Program-made: the position numbers and the translations under genes
Source: Neoconidiobolus thromboides FSU 785
Lineage: Eukaryota > Fungi > Entomophthoromycota
Direction: 5' to 3'
Assembly (NCBI GenBank): GCA_025603075.1
Contig: MU626259.1
Coordinates: 248,001-312,000 of the forward strand
Length of the DNA stretch: 64,000 nucleotides
Shown here: piece after piece, positions 37,598-50,383 of the stretch
Numbering within the stretch: the first letter of the stretch is position 1
Layout of the letters: every line of letters starts with the position of its first letter
The notes under the pieces: model-generated
Seen by the model: only the letters and a program-made list of their open reading frames with translations
Database searches by the model: none
Told to the model about the DNA's origin: nothing

Positions 37598-39376
37598 TAT
37601 TAATCAATTAACAAAAATTAAAACTCCCATTTCTTAAGTTCAATTTATATAATTTTATGAACAAAGTGTTATGTTTTACCTAATTTAGCAATAGTTATAG
37701 GATTACTCACAGCCAATCATTAAGTCGTAGGGGTAATAGGAATTCATTCATTTTTATTGGATCAGAATCAACCTTTGAAGTCAAAATTATTTATTAACTT
37801 ATAAAATTTATTAAGTTAAAGCGCAAGGATAGGGGGCTACTACAACCAAATCAAGATTGAAACTTTAATTCTATAAATAAATTGCTACAGAATTGACCCG
37901 ATCAACTTACTTCTATATAGAAGTTAAACTCTTCGATCCTACCTTTAAATATAAAAAGTTAACTATTTAACTGCAATTTATCATGAAAAGCATATTAAAT
38001 GTTACTATTAAATGCTAGTAATTAAAGGATGACCACAATTAAATATAAAACTATTTAATATATCTCCGGGTGCTAATTTTAGTTTATGAATAATATTAAA
38101 TCATCACTATAAACTAATAAAGTTCGCTAAATGTTTTAGATTCCTTACAGCCATTAAAAGTCAATCTTATTCTATATCATTAATATATGAAATTATTTAA
38201 TAATCTAGACTACAGTATTGTTATACCTCGTCTATTTAATTTAAACAACAGATATAATTCTTATAGTGATATAATATGATAATATTAATACTTATTTGAA
38301 CCATCATAGATTATAACATATTACTTAGCGCTAAAGGGGGATGTCACTATAAATGGTAATGTAAGATAATACTTATGATTTTAATCGCTTGGTATTTAGC
38401 AATATAAAAGAATATATATTAAAATTCACTGCTACAACTAGCTTTTGTATTAATTGTTTCTATTCTGTAAATCATAGTTATATCCTATAACAAATATGAT
38501 TATAATAAGTAAATTCACTAAAAAGCATTATAACTCGGGTTACTTTTTTCATATTCTTAATAATTTCAGAGAATCCTTCAACAATTCTTTAATAGACTCA
38601 AATTAAACTTAAATTAAATTTAATAAATTTAATATTTGAAATACTAATAATACAACCTTGTTTGCTAATATTTGCGTTTTTAGTGCTTTTACTAGTTTAG
38701 TTCGAAATAGAAGTTACTTTAACTTGATTAGGTTAATAGAGATTTCCATAATTACTTCACGTAAAAGTAACTTTTATTTCGCATTAAATTTAAAGAGTCA
38801 ACCATAAAATCCAAAGATCAACAAGCAAGACTATAGTAGTTGTATTCACGAGATTACTGAGCTATTTGTCGGAAAATAAAACTACTGATTTTGTTCATTT
38901 TAGTTTTAAACTCAATTTTCAATTTCAGCAAATTGAAATCCTGTTTACTCTCATTTAAATTTCAAAAATTCGCGTTTATCCTTAGAGCCTAAATTATTTT
39001 AAAAGGTAAATACTTAATTAATAGTACCATCTTTTATATATCTTAAAGCCTTTTGACATAACTCTTCTTTGTAGCTTTTTCAATTCATCTATAAAACCTT
39101 TCCACCAGTCATTAACTACTCCTCCCAAAGAAGAGTGTGGATACTAAAAATACGCGTTTAGTTTTAGCCAATAGCTTTATGGCTAGTAATTTGGAGAACC
39201 AAAAATAGCAACTTTTAGTTTGTTTTTCTAAAGTTTTCATCAATATTTATATAAAAACGTTCCTGTCTTTCTATATAGTACTTTAACATGATATATAGAA
39301 CATAAATGTATTTTTATCAAACATTTCAATTAAATACAAATAAATAATTTTATTAAAAAGTAATATAAAATAATAG

Positions 39377-40204
39377 TCAATTAAGTGATTGTAAGCTTAA
39401 AAGCATATTTGACCAATTATAACATTGATTAAGTAAGGTATAACCTAAATCAACCAATTCACTTGGCCAAGTTGAATCAATCCTTGGAATCATCATAGTT
39501 GCATCACAATAATGATTAATGCTACTTTCCAAATTGTTTTGACTCTCACTGTTATCAGTACCAAAATGAATAACAATAAAGAAGCCTAGAGTTCCATTTA
39601 AACAATCAAAATACCAATCAGCTTGTCGCTCATTTAGCGAACCAATGTTTAAAAGGATATTCTTATGATTATAGTACTCAGATGGTATAAAATAATACAT
39701 GTTTGCTAATAAATTCTTTTGCCAGTTTAAATAAAAACCACAATGTCCTGCTTGTTTGAATAAGCTATCTTCGTTACAATTCATATTTAATTTATAATAA
39801 TTTACTTCCCGGCATTGTTTTAAACTGGTTGGGAATTGAGGACATGTTGAAAGAGGCACTAATTGTTTAATTTCATTTTCAACGCTTGGTGTAGGAGAAT
39901 TACTAGTGGTATTAGAATCGGAAGTACATTTAATTTGATTTCGTTTCATTTTATTATTAAAAGTACATTCATAATTTTTTTTAGTACAAGCTGAACATTT
40001 ACCTTGATAAGATTCATTATCACAGCGTATCTTTCTCCTTTGACAATAGTCACAGGCTCTTTTAGCACATCTTTTAGTTCTAGTTCTGGGTGGCTTTAGC
40101 TCTTGTAATACCAGGGTTGGGGTTTTTATTTCTTTTTTAATTTTAGTAAACGTCTTGTTAACTTTAACTTCCATTTGTCTTATTGTACAAAAATAAATAA
40201 TCAT
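39377..40204 (-). CDS. Zn(II)2Cys6 transcription factor (short)
   Basis: ACDYCQRRKIRCDNESYQGKCSACTKKNYECTF. True start uncertain (possibly MEVKV). Confidence 0.88.
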   Translation of the reverse strand: MIIYFCTIRQMEVKVNKTFTKIKKEIKTPTLVLQELKPPRTRTKRCAKRACDYCQRRKIRCDNESYQGKCSACTKKNYECTFNNKMKRNQIKCTSDSNTTSNSPTPSVENEIKQLVPLSTCPQFPTSLKQCREVNYYKLNMNCNEDSLFKQAGHCGFYLNWQKNLLANMYYFIPSEYYNHKNILLNIGSLNERQADWYFDCLNGTLGFFIVIHFGTDNSESQNNLESSINHYCDATMMIPRIDSTWPSELVDLGYTLLNQCYNWSNMLLSLQSLN

Positions 40205-41761
40205 ATTTAATACTATTGAAGTATATTTATATGTTTTGCTTTAAGGATATTCTTTAAAGGGTGAACTATGATTCAAATCGGCTCCTCTGTTAGTCAACCT
40301 CCTTTTATTGACATAATTACCTTTTTTTATCAGATTCCTGTTAATATCTTTTGTGACGTTTTATAATGATAAAATATTAACCAATTATGAGGGTTGCTTT
40401 ACCAGCTATTTGATTATCCATTGGATATTAAAGGTTCATTGCTAGCTATTTCTAATAATCCCAAAAAGGAGAGCAAATTATGTTTTAATTCAATATCAAG
40501 GATAAATATGATTATTTAATCTATTCTTAGTCTTTTAAAATAAGTTATACGCTTTAATCATTTTATGGATTTTTTTGGTTTTAATTAAATGCTAAAAATA
40601 ATTTTTAAAGCATTTACTCCGTTAAACTTATAATTCCACCGTTTACAATTTTATGCAACTTAAACTCTTATCAATAAATAGTTGTTATTTATTTTTAACA
40701 TTTAATAGATATAATATTTGTAAAAAACAATGAATGTTATATTATATTATTGAAAGCTATTAAAGGATTTAATAAAAAAACTTTTTTGTATTCAATAAGG
40801 GTTCATTCCTAATTATTTATATGGTTAACTTTACCTTGTTTATTCTTGAATTAGATCATACTTTATAAAATATTATTTTCCTATTTTAGCCTTTTATAGT
40901 CTTGAGATTACTAGTAATTATATGTATTATACAATTGCTTACGTCGAATACCAAGTAAGCTACTATCAAACATAAATTTAAAAGTACCACTTAGTTTAAG
41001 GAGTATATATATAAAAATCTAGAATATGATTATAATAACCCAATATAATACATAATGACAGATACTATTAATATTGTTATAGCTTACATAATGTTTTAAC
41101 TATATACTTTCTTTATCTCTGTTGCTCTAATAAGTCTCCAACTTCACCTCTATTCGAGTAGTAACATTATTATTCTATTCTATATCTCAAAGTGATTTGT
41201 ACCTTAAATTCGCGAGTTTAAAAAAGGCTTAAAATAGTAAATCAAGCTTGATATCGATCACAAGATAAAAATGGAGTTGATAAATTTCAATGAGTTAAAT
41301 TTTTATTTTGAACAATAAAATAGATGATGGGTATTGTAATAACTCCTATCTAATTGTTCTTCTAAACTATAAATAAATCATATAGTAAAAAGTTAATCTA
41401 TTCTTGTTCTTAAGATTTAATTTAAACAAGCTGCATCTTCCAAAATAGGTCAAAAGGAGTTATAAAATGATTGCAACTGTCTAATGATAATATAAAATTT
41501 TATATTAATTCCTACATGAACAGATAGACACAAAAAGCTTCCTTATAAAATTCCTTAGGAAACCTTTTTTCTATGAAATCCATATTAAACTGCCTATTTT
41601 ATATACAATTCAAGGATGCCCCTTATTTAAAAAAAGGAATATATACCAATTCCCCTCCATAATTGTATTTACATTGACTCTTTTACTATGGTACAAACCC
41701 TATAATACCTTTGAAATTACACTGTATTTGTAGAGCTATTTTATTTCTATCTCAAAACACT

Positions 41762-41866
41762 ATATCGGAATGTATTTTTTTGTTTAAGAATTGTCCTAAC
41801 AATCTTTTCACTCAAATAGTGCTTAAAAAATAGAAAAGTAATAAAACTAAAAAAATATCCTCATAT
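41762..41866 (+). mobile_element. MITE-like family A copy
   Basis: tgtattttttgtttaagaattgtcctaacaatcttttcactcaaatagtgcttaaaaaatagaaaagtaataaaactaaaaaaatatcctcatat. Confidence 0.8.
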
Positions 41867-42202
41867 TTTGGATCTTCATAGATCGAAAGATATCTAAGTA
41901 GAAACTATATACAAGTGTTACGCTATAAGCAGTATTTTCTCAAATTTCATACTTAAACGCGGCCACTAAATTCTATGTCAGTATGTGTAAATCTATATGG
42001 AGGAAATCTCTTTTGGTTTAATGATTTTTACATTTTCTAAACACTACTAAACTGAAAAAATAACAAATTTCTTAAAAGAACATTCCTGTATTAAATATTA
42101 TAAAAGTTTTATTTACAGTTTATATAAATAGAACAAATTACTTATGGTGCAAAATTGTTGAATTTATGTTTGAAGTTAACTATTGATAATAACAATAACT
42201 CC

Positions 42203-42308
42203 ATATGGGAGTGTTTTTTTTGGTTTCATTACTTTTCCACTTTTTAAGCGCTATTTGAGCAGAAAGATTGTTAGTAAAATTCTTAAACAAAAAAATACAT
42301 CCCCATAT
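42203..42308 (-). mobile_element. MITE-like family A copy (well preserved)
   Basis: atatgggagtgttttttt...aaaaatacatccccatat; both termini intact. Confidence 0.88.
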
Positions 42309-42561
42309 GCTAATTAAAGTATTAAACATATATTGCTTTTGTAAAAAAATAAAATTAAAACTCGTAATTATCTTTAAGCTTTAGCTTTTGATAAAATGAT
42401 GTTATTGGTTGTAATAGTAAATATTTTTTATAGTAAAAAATAAAAGCTACATAAAAATAAAAAAGATAATATTAAAATTTTTACTATTGTTATCTTTTTT
42501 CGAAAAACATTTATTTACAAAATGATTTAATATTTCTATATATTTTCAAATTCAAAATTAA

Positions 42562-42667
42562 ATATGGACGATATATATTTTTATTTAAGGATTTTGCTAA
42601 CAAATTTTCCACACAAATAGCACTTACAAGATGGAAAAAGTGAAGTCAAGAAAAATACTCCTATATG
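42562..42667 (+). mobile_element. MITE-like family A copy
   Basis: atatggacgatatattttt...ttttccacacaaatagcacttacaagatggaaaaagtgaagtcaagaaaaatactcctatat. Confidence 0.75.
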
Positions 42668-42744
42668 TAATTGTGAAAAGTATAAATATCTAGTTTATTA
42701 TTAGCAAAATTTTGGTTAATCTTAGAATAATAGACAAGTTCAAT

Positions 42745-42843
42745 ATATGGGGATGTTTTTTTGGTTTCATTACTTTTTCCATTTTTTAGCACTATTTAAG
42801 CGGAAAAATTGTTAGTAAAAATTCAAAAACACAAAAATACATG
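42745..42843 (-). mobile_element. MITE-like family A copy, about 30 bp upstream of tRNA-Gln
   Basis: atatggggatgtttttttggtttcattactttttccattttttagcactatttaagcggaaaaattgttagtaaaa...aaaaatacat. Confidence 0.85.
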
Positions 42844-42875
42844 ATGATATTTTAAATTGGATTTCCCTCGCAAAC

Positions 42876-42947
42876 GGATTCATGGTGTAATGGTTAGCAC
42901 CCAAGGTTTTGATCCTTGTAATCCGAGTTCGATTCTCGGTGGGTCCT
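42876..42947 (+). tRNA. tRNA-Gln(TTG)
   Basis: Cloverleaf: acceptor GGATTCA/TGGGTCC, A box TGGTGTAATGG, anticodon arm CAAGG-TTTTGAT-CCTTG, T arm CCGAG-TTCGATT-CTCGG, followed by a T-run terminator. Confidence 0.95.
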
Positions 42948-43117
42948 TTTTTTACTTGATCTAATAACTGCACTTTAAATTATTATCATATTTAAAAATA
43001 CTTATTTAAATGGTTTTAAATATACAATCTTTTAATAAAAGCTAAAGTCTCTTAGCTTTACCAAAAATAATTCAAATATCTAGTTTTAATTTGATACTTT
43101 AAAATATCAAATTTAAT

Positions 43118-43270
43118 AGAAATTCCCAGATTAACAAGGCTTTTACTAATATAACCTATATATTTATATTAATCAGAGTTGTAGTATATAAATATGTATT
43201 TTTATAAAATTTTATTAAAAATGTTCATTACTAATTGCTTTGTATCCAACACTGAAAGCCTTCTATTAAA
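43118..43270 (+). repeat. Dispersed repeat family B, partial copy
   Basis: aaggcttttactaatataacctatatatttatattaatcagagttgtagtatataa aligns with 54540-54600 and with the reverse complement of 44565-44625. Confidence 0.7.
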
Positions 43271-43296
43271 TAAATAGCTGCATAAAAGTGTAAAAT

Positions 43297-43655
43297 ATCA
43301 CTTTGTCAGCCCTATGATTGATTATAACATAAAAATCAATCTCAAGCTTCTATTTTGATTTAATATGAGAATTCCTACTATGTAATTCTAAAGGACATTA
43401 TCTCCCCATTTTGATATCGATACTTGTTGGTGTATAAAAGAGATTTCAGAACATAGTAACTCAAGGCTTTTTAATAGTAATTATGGAGATTTCATAGTAG
43501 TATTGTCTACTTTATTTGCCTTACATAGTCCGTAGCCTATTACGTGCTATTCTTCACAATTCAAGTCTATCTTAGCTACACAAACTAAGACCTTTTGACT
43601 TACGGCTAGTCAATCAACTGAAAACTCCTTTCAACTCCAGCCACTGAGCACCAGA
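43297..43655. repeat. Degenerate relic of the family C element seen intact at 63316-63990
   Basis: Shares aaatatcactttgtcag, atgagaatt, cattttgatat, aggctttttaa and cctattacgtgctattcttca...caagtctatcttag...aaactaagacc with the reverse complement of 63316-63800. Confidence 0.8.
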
Positions 43656-44454
43656 TTTCATGAAAGCTTTTGTTTAAAAAGTTTATAAAAATTGACATAT
43701 AGGCAGATACAAAAAACTATTTTAAATCTCAAAAGTTTTTATATTATATGTGTAAAAAAAACTTACAAAATAAATAATATTTTAAAAATTGACTTTAATT
43801 TTTTTGTTGAACATTATAAAAAAATATAGTCAATAAGCATCTTACAAATCTTTTATAGTAGAAAAGTAGTTTTGAAGCATTAAATAAAATAAAAAATAAC
43901 AATTAACTAGTTTCAAAATTTGGGATTTTATTTTTGAGAATAGTAAAGTTAAGAACTTAACTATTAATAACAAAAAATAGATACAATTTTAAAGATACAA
44001 AAAAAACATAAAAATATAAACATAAAAAACGATAAAGATACAAAGTATTAAAAAATAGTTACATTTTATTAAACATAATAATAAACTATATTACTATTAA
44101 ATATCTGATTGATAGAAAGATTCTAATTAAAGTTATAAAGTCTATAAAAGTATAGAAAAATTAAAAGATTAACCCCAGTTTACCTTACAAAAATGAGATA
44201 ATTTAAAAGTTTCAACATTTAATAAACAAGTGAATAGTTTATTAAATAATATAAACTAATTATTGTATACTAACACCATTTAAGTTACCAATAGCCAAGT
44301 TAATGAATAATGAAAAATAAATAGTTACAGTAACAAATAAAAATTACTATTATTATATTGCTTGTATCATATAAGGATGGTTAAGTATAGTTTTGGGACT
44401 AATCACTTCCTCCTATCCAGCTATTCATTAATTCAGTAATATATTAATAATGTA

Positions 44455-44773
44455 ATTATAAAATTAAAATTGTTTATTTATTTGATAGTAAATCTGCGAT
44501 GTTGGGTATAAAGTAGTCAATAATAAACATCTCACAATAAAGTTTTATAGGAATGTATATTTATACACTACAACTTTGATTAATATGAATATATAGGTTA
44601 TATTAGTAAAAGCCTTATTAATCCTAGAATTTCGGCTAACTTATGATATAAATTATAATAAAGTAATTTAAAACTATGTCGAACACTTTTGGTTTTTAAT
44701 AAAGGATTTGTTAAGTCTTAAAACTTAGAATATTTAAAAATTGGGTAGAAATGAAACCAATTTGGACATCCCC
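44455..44773 (-). repeat. Dispersed repeat family B copy
   Basis: Near-identical reverse complement of 54401-54708 over about 300 bp; ends in ggacatcccc, the same terminal word as family A. Confidence 0.85.
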
Positions 44774-44859
44774 TAATAAAAGTTTTTTCATTTCAGTATC
44801 TTATGATTTCTTTCGATTTTATGTTGAATAAAAAGCGAAAAAATAGTAAAAAAAAGCTA

Positions 44860-44975
44860 TAGAGATATATTTTCTTGTTTGAATTTTACTAACAATCTTT
44901 CCATTTTTTAAGCGCTATTTGAGTGGAAAGATTGTTAATAAAATTCTTAAATAAAGAAATACATCCCCTTATATA
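44860..44975. mobile_element. Rearranged fold-back copy of MITE family A
   Basis: Two left halves in inverted orientation; arms 44881-44903 and 44924-44946 pair at 22 of 23 positions. Confidence 0.75.
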
Positions 44976-45430
44976 GTATCTTTTAAACTTCTTAATTATT
45001 AAAATTTTTATATCACTTACTCAGTTTTGTTTACAACTGTATTAAATCATAAAGCACAAGAATAAGATTTTATCTAATTTTTAGTTAATGAGGAGAAACG
45101 AAAACTTCACAACCAATCTAAAAGAGTTTAAAAGTAAAATTACATTACTTTCTAAGTCATGCAACAGCTTTGAATGCATTACCTCAACAAGCTGACCTTG
45201 GATTAAATCTAAACCTCGGCATATATGTAATAAACCCCATCAATCATTTACTAAATAAATTTAATTACTGTATTTTAATCTTGTAATCAGGAAGAAACTA
45301 GTAACCAAATGACTTAACTTGACTTAGGTCAGATCGTATTACATGCGTCATCAGCGTATAAAAAAACTAAAATAAGCTAATTATTAAGATATAAAAGCCA
45401 AAAAAAAGTTCACAGTCTTTAGTTTAAAAT

Positions 45431-47826
45431 ATGCTCAACTTAAAACTAATTACTCAGCCTTTAAACAGTTACCAACCGATGGCTGGCAACGATGGAGATG
45501 ATATTCCCAACAAAGTTGAAAGGAAAACTTTATCGCCCTTTTCACAAGCTAAACTCCCATTTGTTTTAAGTCAAAAGTTCCTTCATATTTTACCATCACT
45601 GGCCATAGCTTTTGTACTACTTTGTTCCTCAGCAGCTATGAATGCCTCAATAATTGATAGTACACCACATCAATCTCAAGCTCAAGCTCTCGGCCAATAT
45701 ATAGACCCGCTTAAAGGCTTTGATAGCATACCGAATTCTGACTCCCTTCGCTCACATTTGAAGTACATCACTCAAAGCGTACATATTGCTGGTAAAGGCA
45801 AGTCACTTGCTGAGTGGTACGCCAAAAAACTACAGTCTTACGGCCTTAAAACCGAGATCGTCAAATATTATCCTTACTTAAACTACCCTTCCAAACGTCG
45901 ATTAGCAATCGTTTCCCCACCAGCCTTAAAATATGAAGCCAAACTAGTTGAAGACGTAATAGATGAAGATCCCACCTCCCTTGACCCAAATGCAGTACCA
46001 ACTTTTCATGGGTTATCAGCAAATGGTAATGTAACTGCTGAATTAGTGTATGCTAATTATGGTACATGGGAGGATTTTAAAGTACTCAAATCAAACAATG
46101 TAACTGTAAAAGGGAAGATCGCTTTGGTTCGATATGGTAAATGCTTTCGTGGCCTCAAATTACGCGCTGCTGAGCTCAATGGTGCGGTTGGTGTGCTCAT
46201 ATACTCAGATCCTTTGGATGATGGTGAAAACTTAGGTGATGTGTATCCAAAGGGGCCTTACCGCCCAAGCAGTGGGGTACAAAGGGGTACTGTAAGTTAC
46301 CTTAGCTTATCACCTGGAGACCCGCTGACACCTGGAGTTGCTGCTACGAAGGATGCCAAGCGTATTTCATTAGAAAAATCCAAAATTCTACCCAAAATCC
46401 CATCTTTACCAATCTCATATGGAGATGCTTTACCTTTATTAAAAGCTTTAGTAAGTGAGGGTAAACAAGTTGATAAATTGGGGTCTGATTGGACAGGTGG
46501 TTTAAAGGTTAGTTATTGGACTGGACCATCTAGAGCTAAGGTTAATTTAATCAATATTGTAGATGGCGGTATACAAACTATATACAACGTAATTGCTACC
46601 ATTCCGGGAGAGAAAGAAAGAAATAAACAAATAATTGTAGGCAACCACCGAGATGGTTGGGTATATGGAGCTAATGATCCAGGATCTGGCAGTAGTATGA
46701 TGTTAGAAGTAGCACGTACACTTGGTTCATTATTAAAAGGTGGGTGGCGACCAAAAAGAACTATTAAACTGTGTAGCTGGGATGCAGAGGAGTATGGATT
46801 GATTGGATCAACCGAATGGGTAGAAGACTTCTCTAAAAAATTAAGTAAAGAAGCCATTGTTTATATCAATGTCGATGCTTTTGAAGGTACTCAGTTTTCT
46901 CCTAGTGGTACCCCTAGTTTACTGAAATTAGTTAAAAATATTACTGCACAAGTCAAAGATCCTCATGGTAATGGTACTATCTATGACTCTTGGTATAAGG
47001 ACACTAAAGGGAAAACAGAATTACAAGGATTGGGATCAGGTAGTGATTACACTCCATTTTACCAGCATCTCGGTATCTCCTCTTTGGACCTTAAATTTTA
47101 TTCAAAAATCGGCTCCGGGGTGTATCATTCTAACTACGATTCGTTTCATTTTGTAGATAAGTTTGGTGACCCAGGGTTCAAAATATATCTTGCAATGACT
47201 CAAATTGTAGGAAAATTATTGATCACTTTGGCTGATAAGCCACTCGTTTCCTTTCACCTCGCTCATTATGGATCAAAATTAACGGAGTATATTGATAAGG
47301 TGGACCAAAGCCTTAAGGAAGAAGCAAAAAATAAACTTAATTTACTTGCTTTTCGTAAGGCAGTATCTGAGTTTACTACTGAGTGCAAAAAGATTGATGA
47401 TAAAGCAGCTTTATTAAATAATAAATTAAGTACCGATAAAAAAGAAGGATGTCAAAAAGATAATAACATATGCATTAATGAATTAAATTGGGTCAATAAT
47501 AAGATGATTTATTTGGAACGCAAAATGCTTGATCAAAAAGGTAACATGAATATAAATAAAAGATCATTTGTTAATTCAGTTACCAAGGTATCGAGGGAAG
47601 AGAATTCTATAAGCACTTTGTCTATGCGCCAGGACTTTGGGCTGGGTAAATTAAATTTTTATTATCGGACCTTTATTTAATACTTTATAGGTATGGTTCA
47701 CAAGTATTTCCTTCTTTAAATGAAGCTTTGGAGGCCAACGATTTTAAAAAAACTAACGAAGTGGTATGTAAGTATACGGATCTCATAAATGAAGCAACAG
47801 CTTTTCTTAAATCGGAAAGTTTATGA
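45431..47826 (+). CDS. Glutamate carboxypeptidase II-like M28B peptidase (PA + M28 + TfR dimer domains; Vps70/Tre-like), 3 exons
   Basis: N-terminal signal anchor, PTFHGLSANGNVTAELVYANYG, SGVQRG, GNHRDGW...GANDPGSG, SWDAEEYGLIGSTEWVE, GSGSDYTPF, YHSNYDSF. Introns 47541-47587 and 47646-47690 give YKHFVYAPGLWAGYGSQVFP and a stop at 47826. Confidence 0.95.
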
Positions 47827-48053
47827 GTATCAAAGTTGATTTATTTGAATTCAAACAAAATAAATTTTTTAGTTCTTAAATTATACCTATTTTTCAAATA
47901 ATATTGATAATAATAAGTATGTTATATAAATGCGTTTTTAATCCGCCATAGGACATTACTGTTTATTACATATTTAAACAGACAGAGGTTTATTGAAACC
48001 AGTTGTTTTTTAAAACATCTCGTTCATTTATAAAAAGCAATAAATTAAAAACC

Positions 48054-48159
48054 ATATGGGGCTGTTTTTTTTGATTTCATTATTTTTCCGTTTTTTAAGC
48101 ACTATTTGAGTGGAAAATTTGTTAGTAAAATTCTTAAACACAAAAATACATGCTCATAT
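48054..48159 (-). mobile_element. MITE-like family A copy
   Basis: atatggggctgttttttttg...gcactatttgagtggaaaatttgttagtaaaattcttaaacacaaaaatacatgctcatat. Confidence 0.88.
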
Positions 48160-48313
48160 TAAAATCATCAAACTTCTATTGAATATACATATACTTTAGT
48201 TTAAAGCGATAATAAAACTTTAGCTTCTAATAATAAAATTTATTTTATCAAAAAAAACTATCAATTTAATTTATATATTAATTAGAGTTTATTTGACTTA
48301 ACTGTAAGCTCAA

Positions 48314-50050
48314 TTAGGTACATTTAAAAGGTTTAAAAGCGCCACACCAATATGTAGAAGTTGTATGTTCATAATGTAATACAGCGTTATTATTGTTATC
48401 ATTATTTGTATCACTAATAGTATTATTGAGCGGGTTATTAATCTCATTTACAGCATTAAAATTATCAAGGTAATTATTGGCATAACTCATGGTATAACGA
48501 TTGAAGCGTGGTAAGGCAACTGAATTATTACTAGTTATTGATAAATCACTAAAAAAAGAATCCCTTATTTTATAATTATTTTTTGGACTATCCTGGGGAT
48601 AAAAATGGCTAGAAATAGTATATATATTTCTATGCTGTCTTAATCTATGATTATAAATGATATTATCACTGTCAGTTCTTTGTCTCATGTCAATATTATT
48701 GCTAGTGGTACATTCAATATTATTAGTATTATTTAATATACTATTATCATTGACATTTAATTTGTATTTCTTGGCTCGGTTTAAATAAGAATCAGTAGTT
48801 GGATCAGAGGTCCTTGGTTTATCCAGTTTTAATAAATTTTTGTTGATGAAATTATTAAATGTCGAGTTGAAAGCTGGCAATGGTAGATTAAAGTTAAATA
48901 AAGCCTTATTATCATCGACGGTATCATCTTCGTTAATAAGATTATTTCCTACAGCTACATTCGTGTCATTGGTACCAGTACTGTTACTTGTACTATCACT
49001 GTTGCTATCGAATACTGGTTCAATAGTATGGTTCAATATTATACTTTTCAATAAAAAATAATAGAATTGAAGGGCTGTAAATAAATAATTGTGGTGATTG
49101 AAATAAACTAAATTAACTAGTAAGAACAATATCTTCAACCAATAATCATATAAATAAACGAAATGAAATTCACTTGTTAGTAAATAAATTGAAGAATTAT
49201 TTAGTATGATTCTGAGTGTGTTATTGAACATGAAATAAATGATTAACAAAGTAGATAACGTTATTAGTATTATCAATTGTATCCTTCTTAATAAAATAAT
49301 TGTCTTCCTATTCATATTCATATTATTAACTTCGTTCTTATCTATTTTGTTATTATTGATATCTACTTTAATAAAATTACTCTCATTTAAAAACTCATTA
49401 CTTAAATTATTTAGTGAATATCTCTGCCATCTTTTGGGTGGATCGGGGAATTGATGAAAAAGTATTGTAGTACGATTGCTATGGATATTACTATTGTATT
49501 TCTTATTAAATATCCTTAGTACTTTTTTAAATAAATTATATACAAATACGACTAAATAGATAGATAAAGTTAATAAATTTAAGCTATAAATCCCATATTT
49601 GAATCTCTTTAATATATCATTGTCATTGTTCACATGATTAATATTACAATAGTAATATTGATTATTAAAGTTGTAATAAGAGTTAAAGTTGCGAGTGTTA
49701 TTAGTATTAAATAACAGGGATGAAATATTGACTATAAAGTGGGACAATAATAATAGCAAAAATAATAATTTATATATAGCACTCTTAGTCATATAGATTA
49801 AGTTTACTACTAAAATCAATTCAAATATTATACTATTCAAAAATTGGTTTAACTCACATATTCCTATTTCCTTATAATTTAAATATTGGAATGTTATATT
49901 ACTAAGAATATAACTGATACTTAATACTATTACTCCTATCGCTATTTTGCTGTAGTTATTATTTATATTGCTTATACTGTTATATAAAATTGGGATTGAA
50001 ATAAAAAAAGACAGAATCAAGGAAACCCAAAGTAAAATAGCGATATCCAT
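48314..50050 (-). CDS. Seven-transmembrane GPCR-like protein with Asn-rich loop and tail
   Basis: Seven hydrophobic segments by eye, Cys at the start of TM3 (GICELNQFL) and in the TM4-TM5 loop (YYYCNIN), long TM5-TM6 loop, long N/S/T-rich C-terminus. Confidence 0.6.
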   Translation of the reverse strand: MDIAILLWVSLILSFFISIPILYNSISNINNNYSKIAIGVIVLSISYILSNITFQYLNYKEIGICELNQFLNSIIFELILVVNLIYMTKSAIYKLLFLLLLLSHFIVNISSLLFNTNNTRNFNSYYNFNNQYYYCNINHVNNDNDILKRFKYGIYSLNLLTLSIYLVVFVYNLFKKVLRIFNKKYNSNIHSNRTTILFHQFPDPPKRWQRYSLNNLSNEFLNESNFIKVDINNNKIDKNEVNNMNMNRKTIILLRRIQLIILITLSTLLIIYFMFNNTLRIILNNSSIYLLTSEFHFVYLYDYWLKILFLLVNLVYFNHHNYLFTALQFYYFLLKSIILNHTIEPVFDSNSDSTSNSTGTNDTNVAVGNNLINEDDTVDDNKALFNFNLPLPAFNSTFNNFINKNLLKLDKPRTSDPTTDSYLNRAKKYKLNVNDNSILNNTNNIECTTSNNIDMRQRTDSDNIIYNHRLRQHRNIYTISSHFYPQDSPKNNYKIRDSFFSDLSITSNNSVALPRFNRYTMSYANNYLDNFNAVNEINNPLNNTISDTNNDNNNNAVLHYEHTTSTYWCGAFKPFKCT

Positions 50051-50383
50051 ACTTCGTTAATATTTTAAAAAAAAGAAAAGGATAAAAATAAAAAGTTTAT
50101 TTTTATAACTATTTGTTTATTTAATATATTTATACTTATTCTTTTTTTTGTTTTTAAATATAAACATAGTAATATATTGATAAACTTCAAGCCTTGAAAT
50201 TTATAATAAAATAAAGCTTATATGCTGCCTTTCTTACTTAATAAAACATGGCATAAAAGTGTCTGTGCTTGAGTCGTCTCAAACTACCAATCAATATTAT
50301 AGAATAAAAATAACTTATGTTTGATTCACTTAGTCCAATTCCAAGGTTCAATGGCCCAATTGATGAGTATTTTAAGTTAGTAT

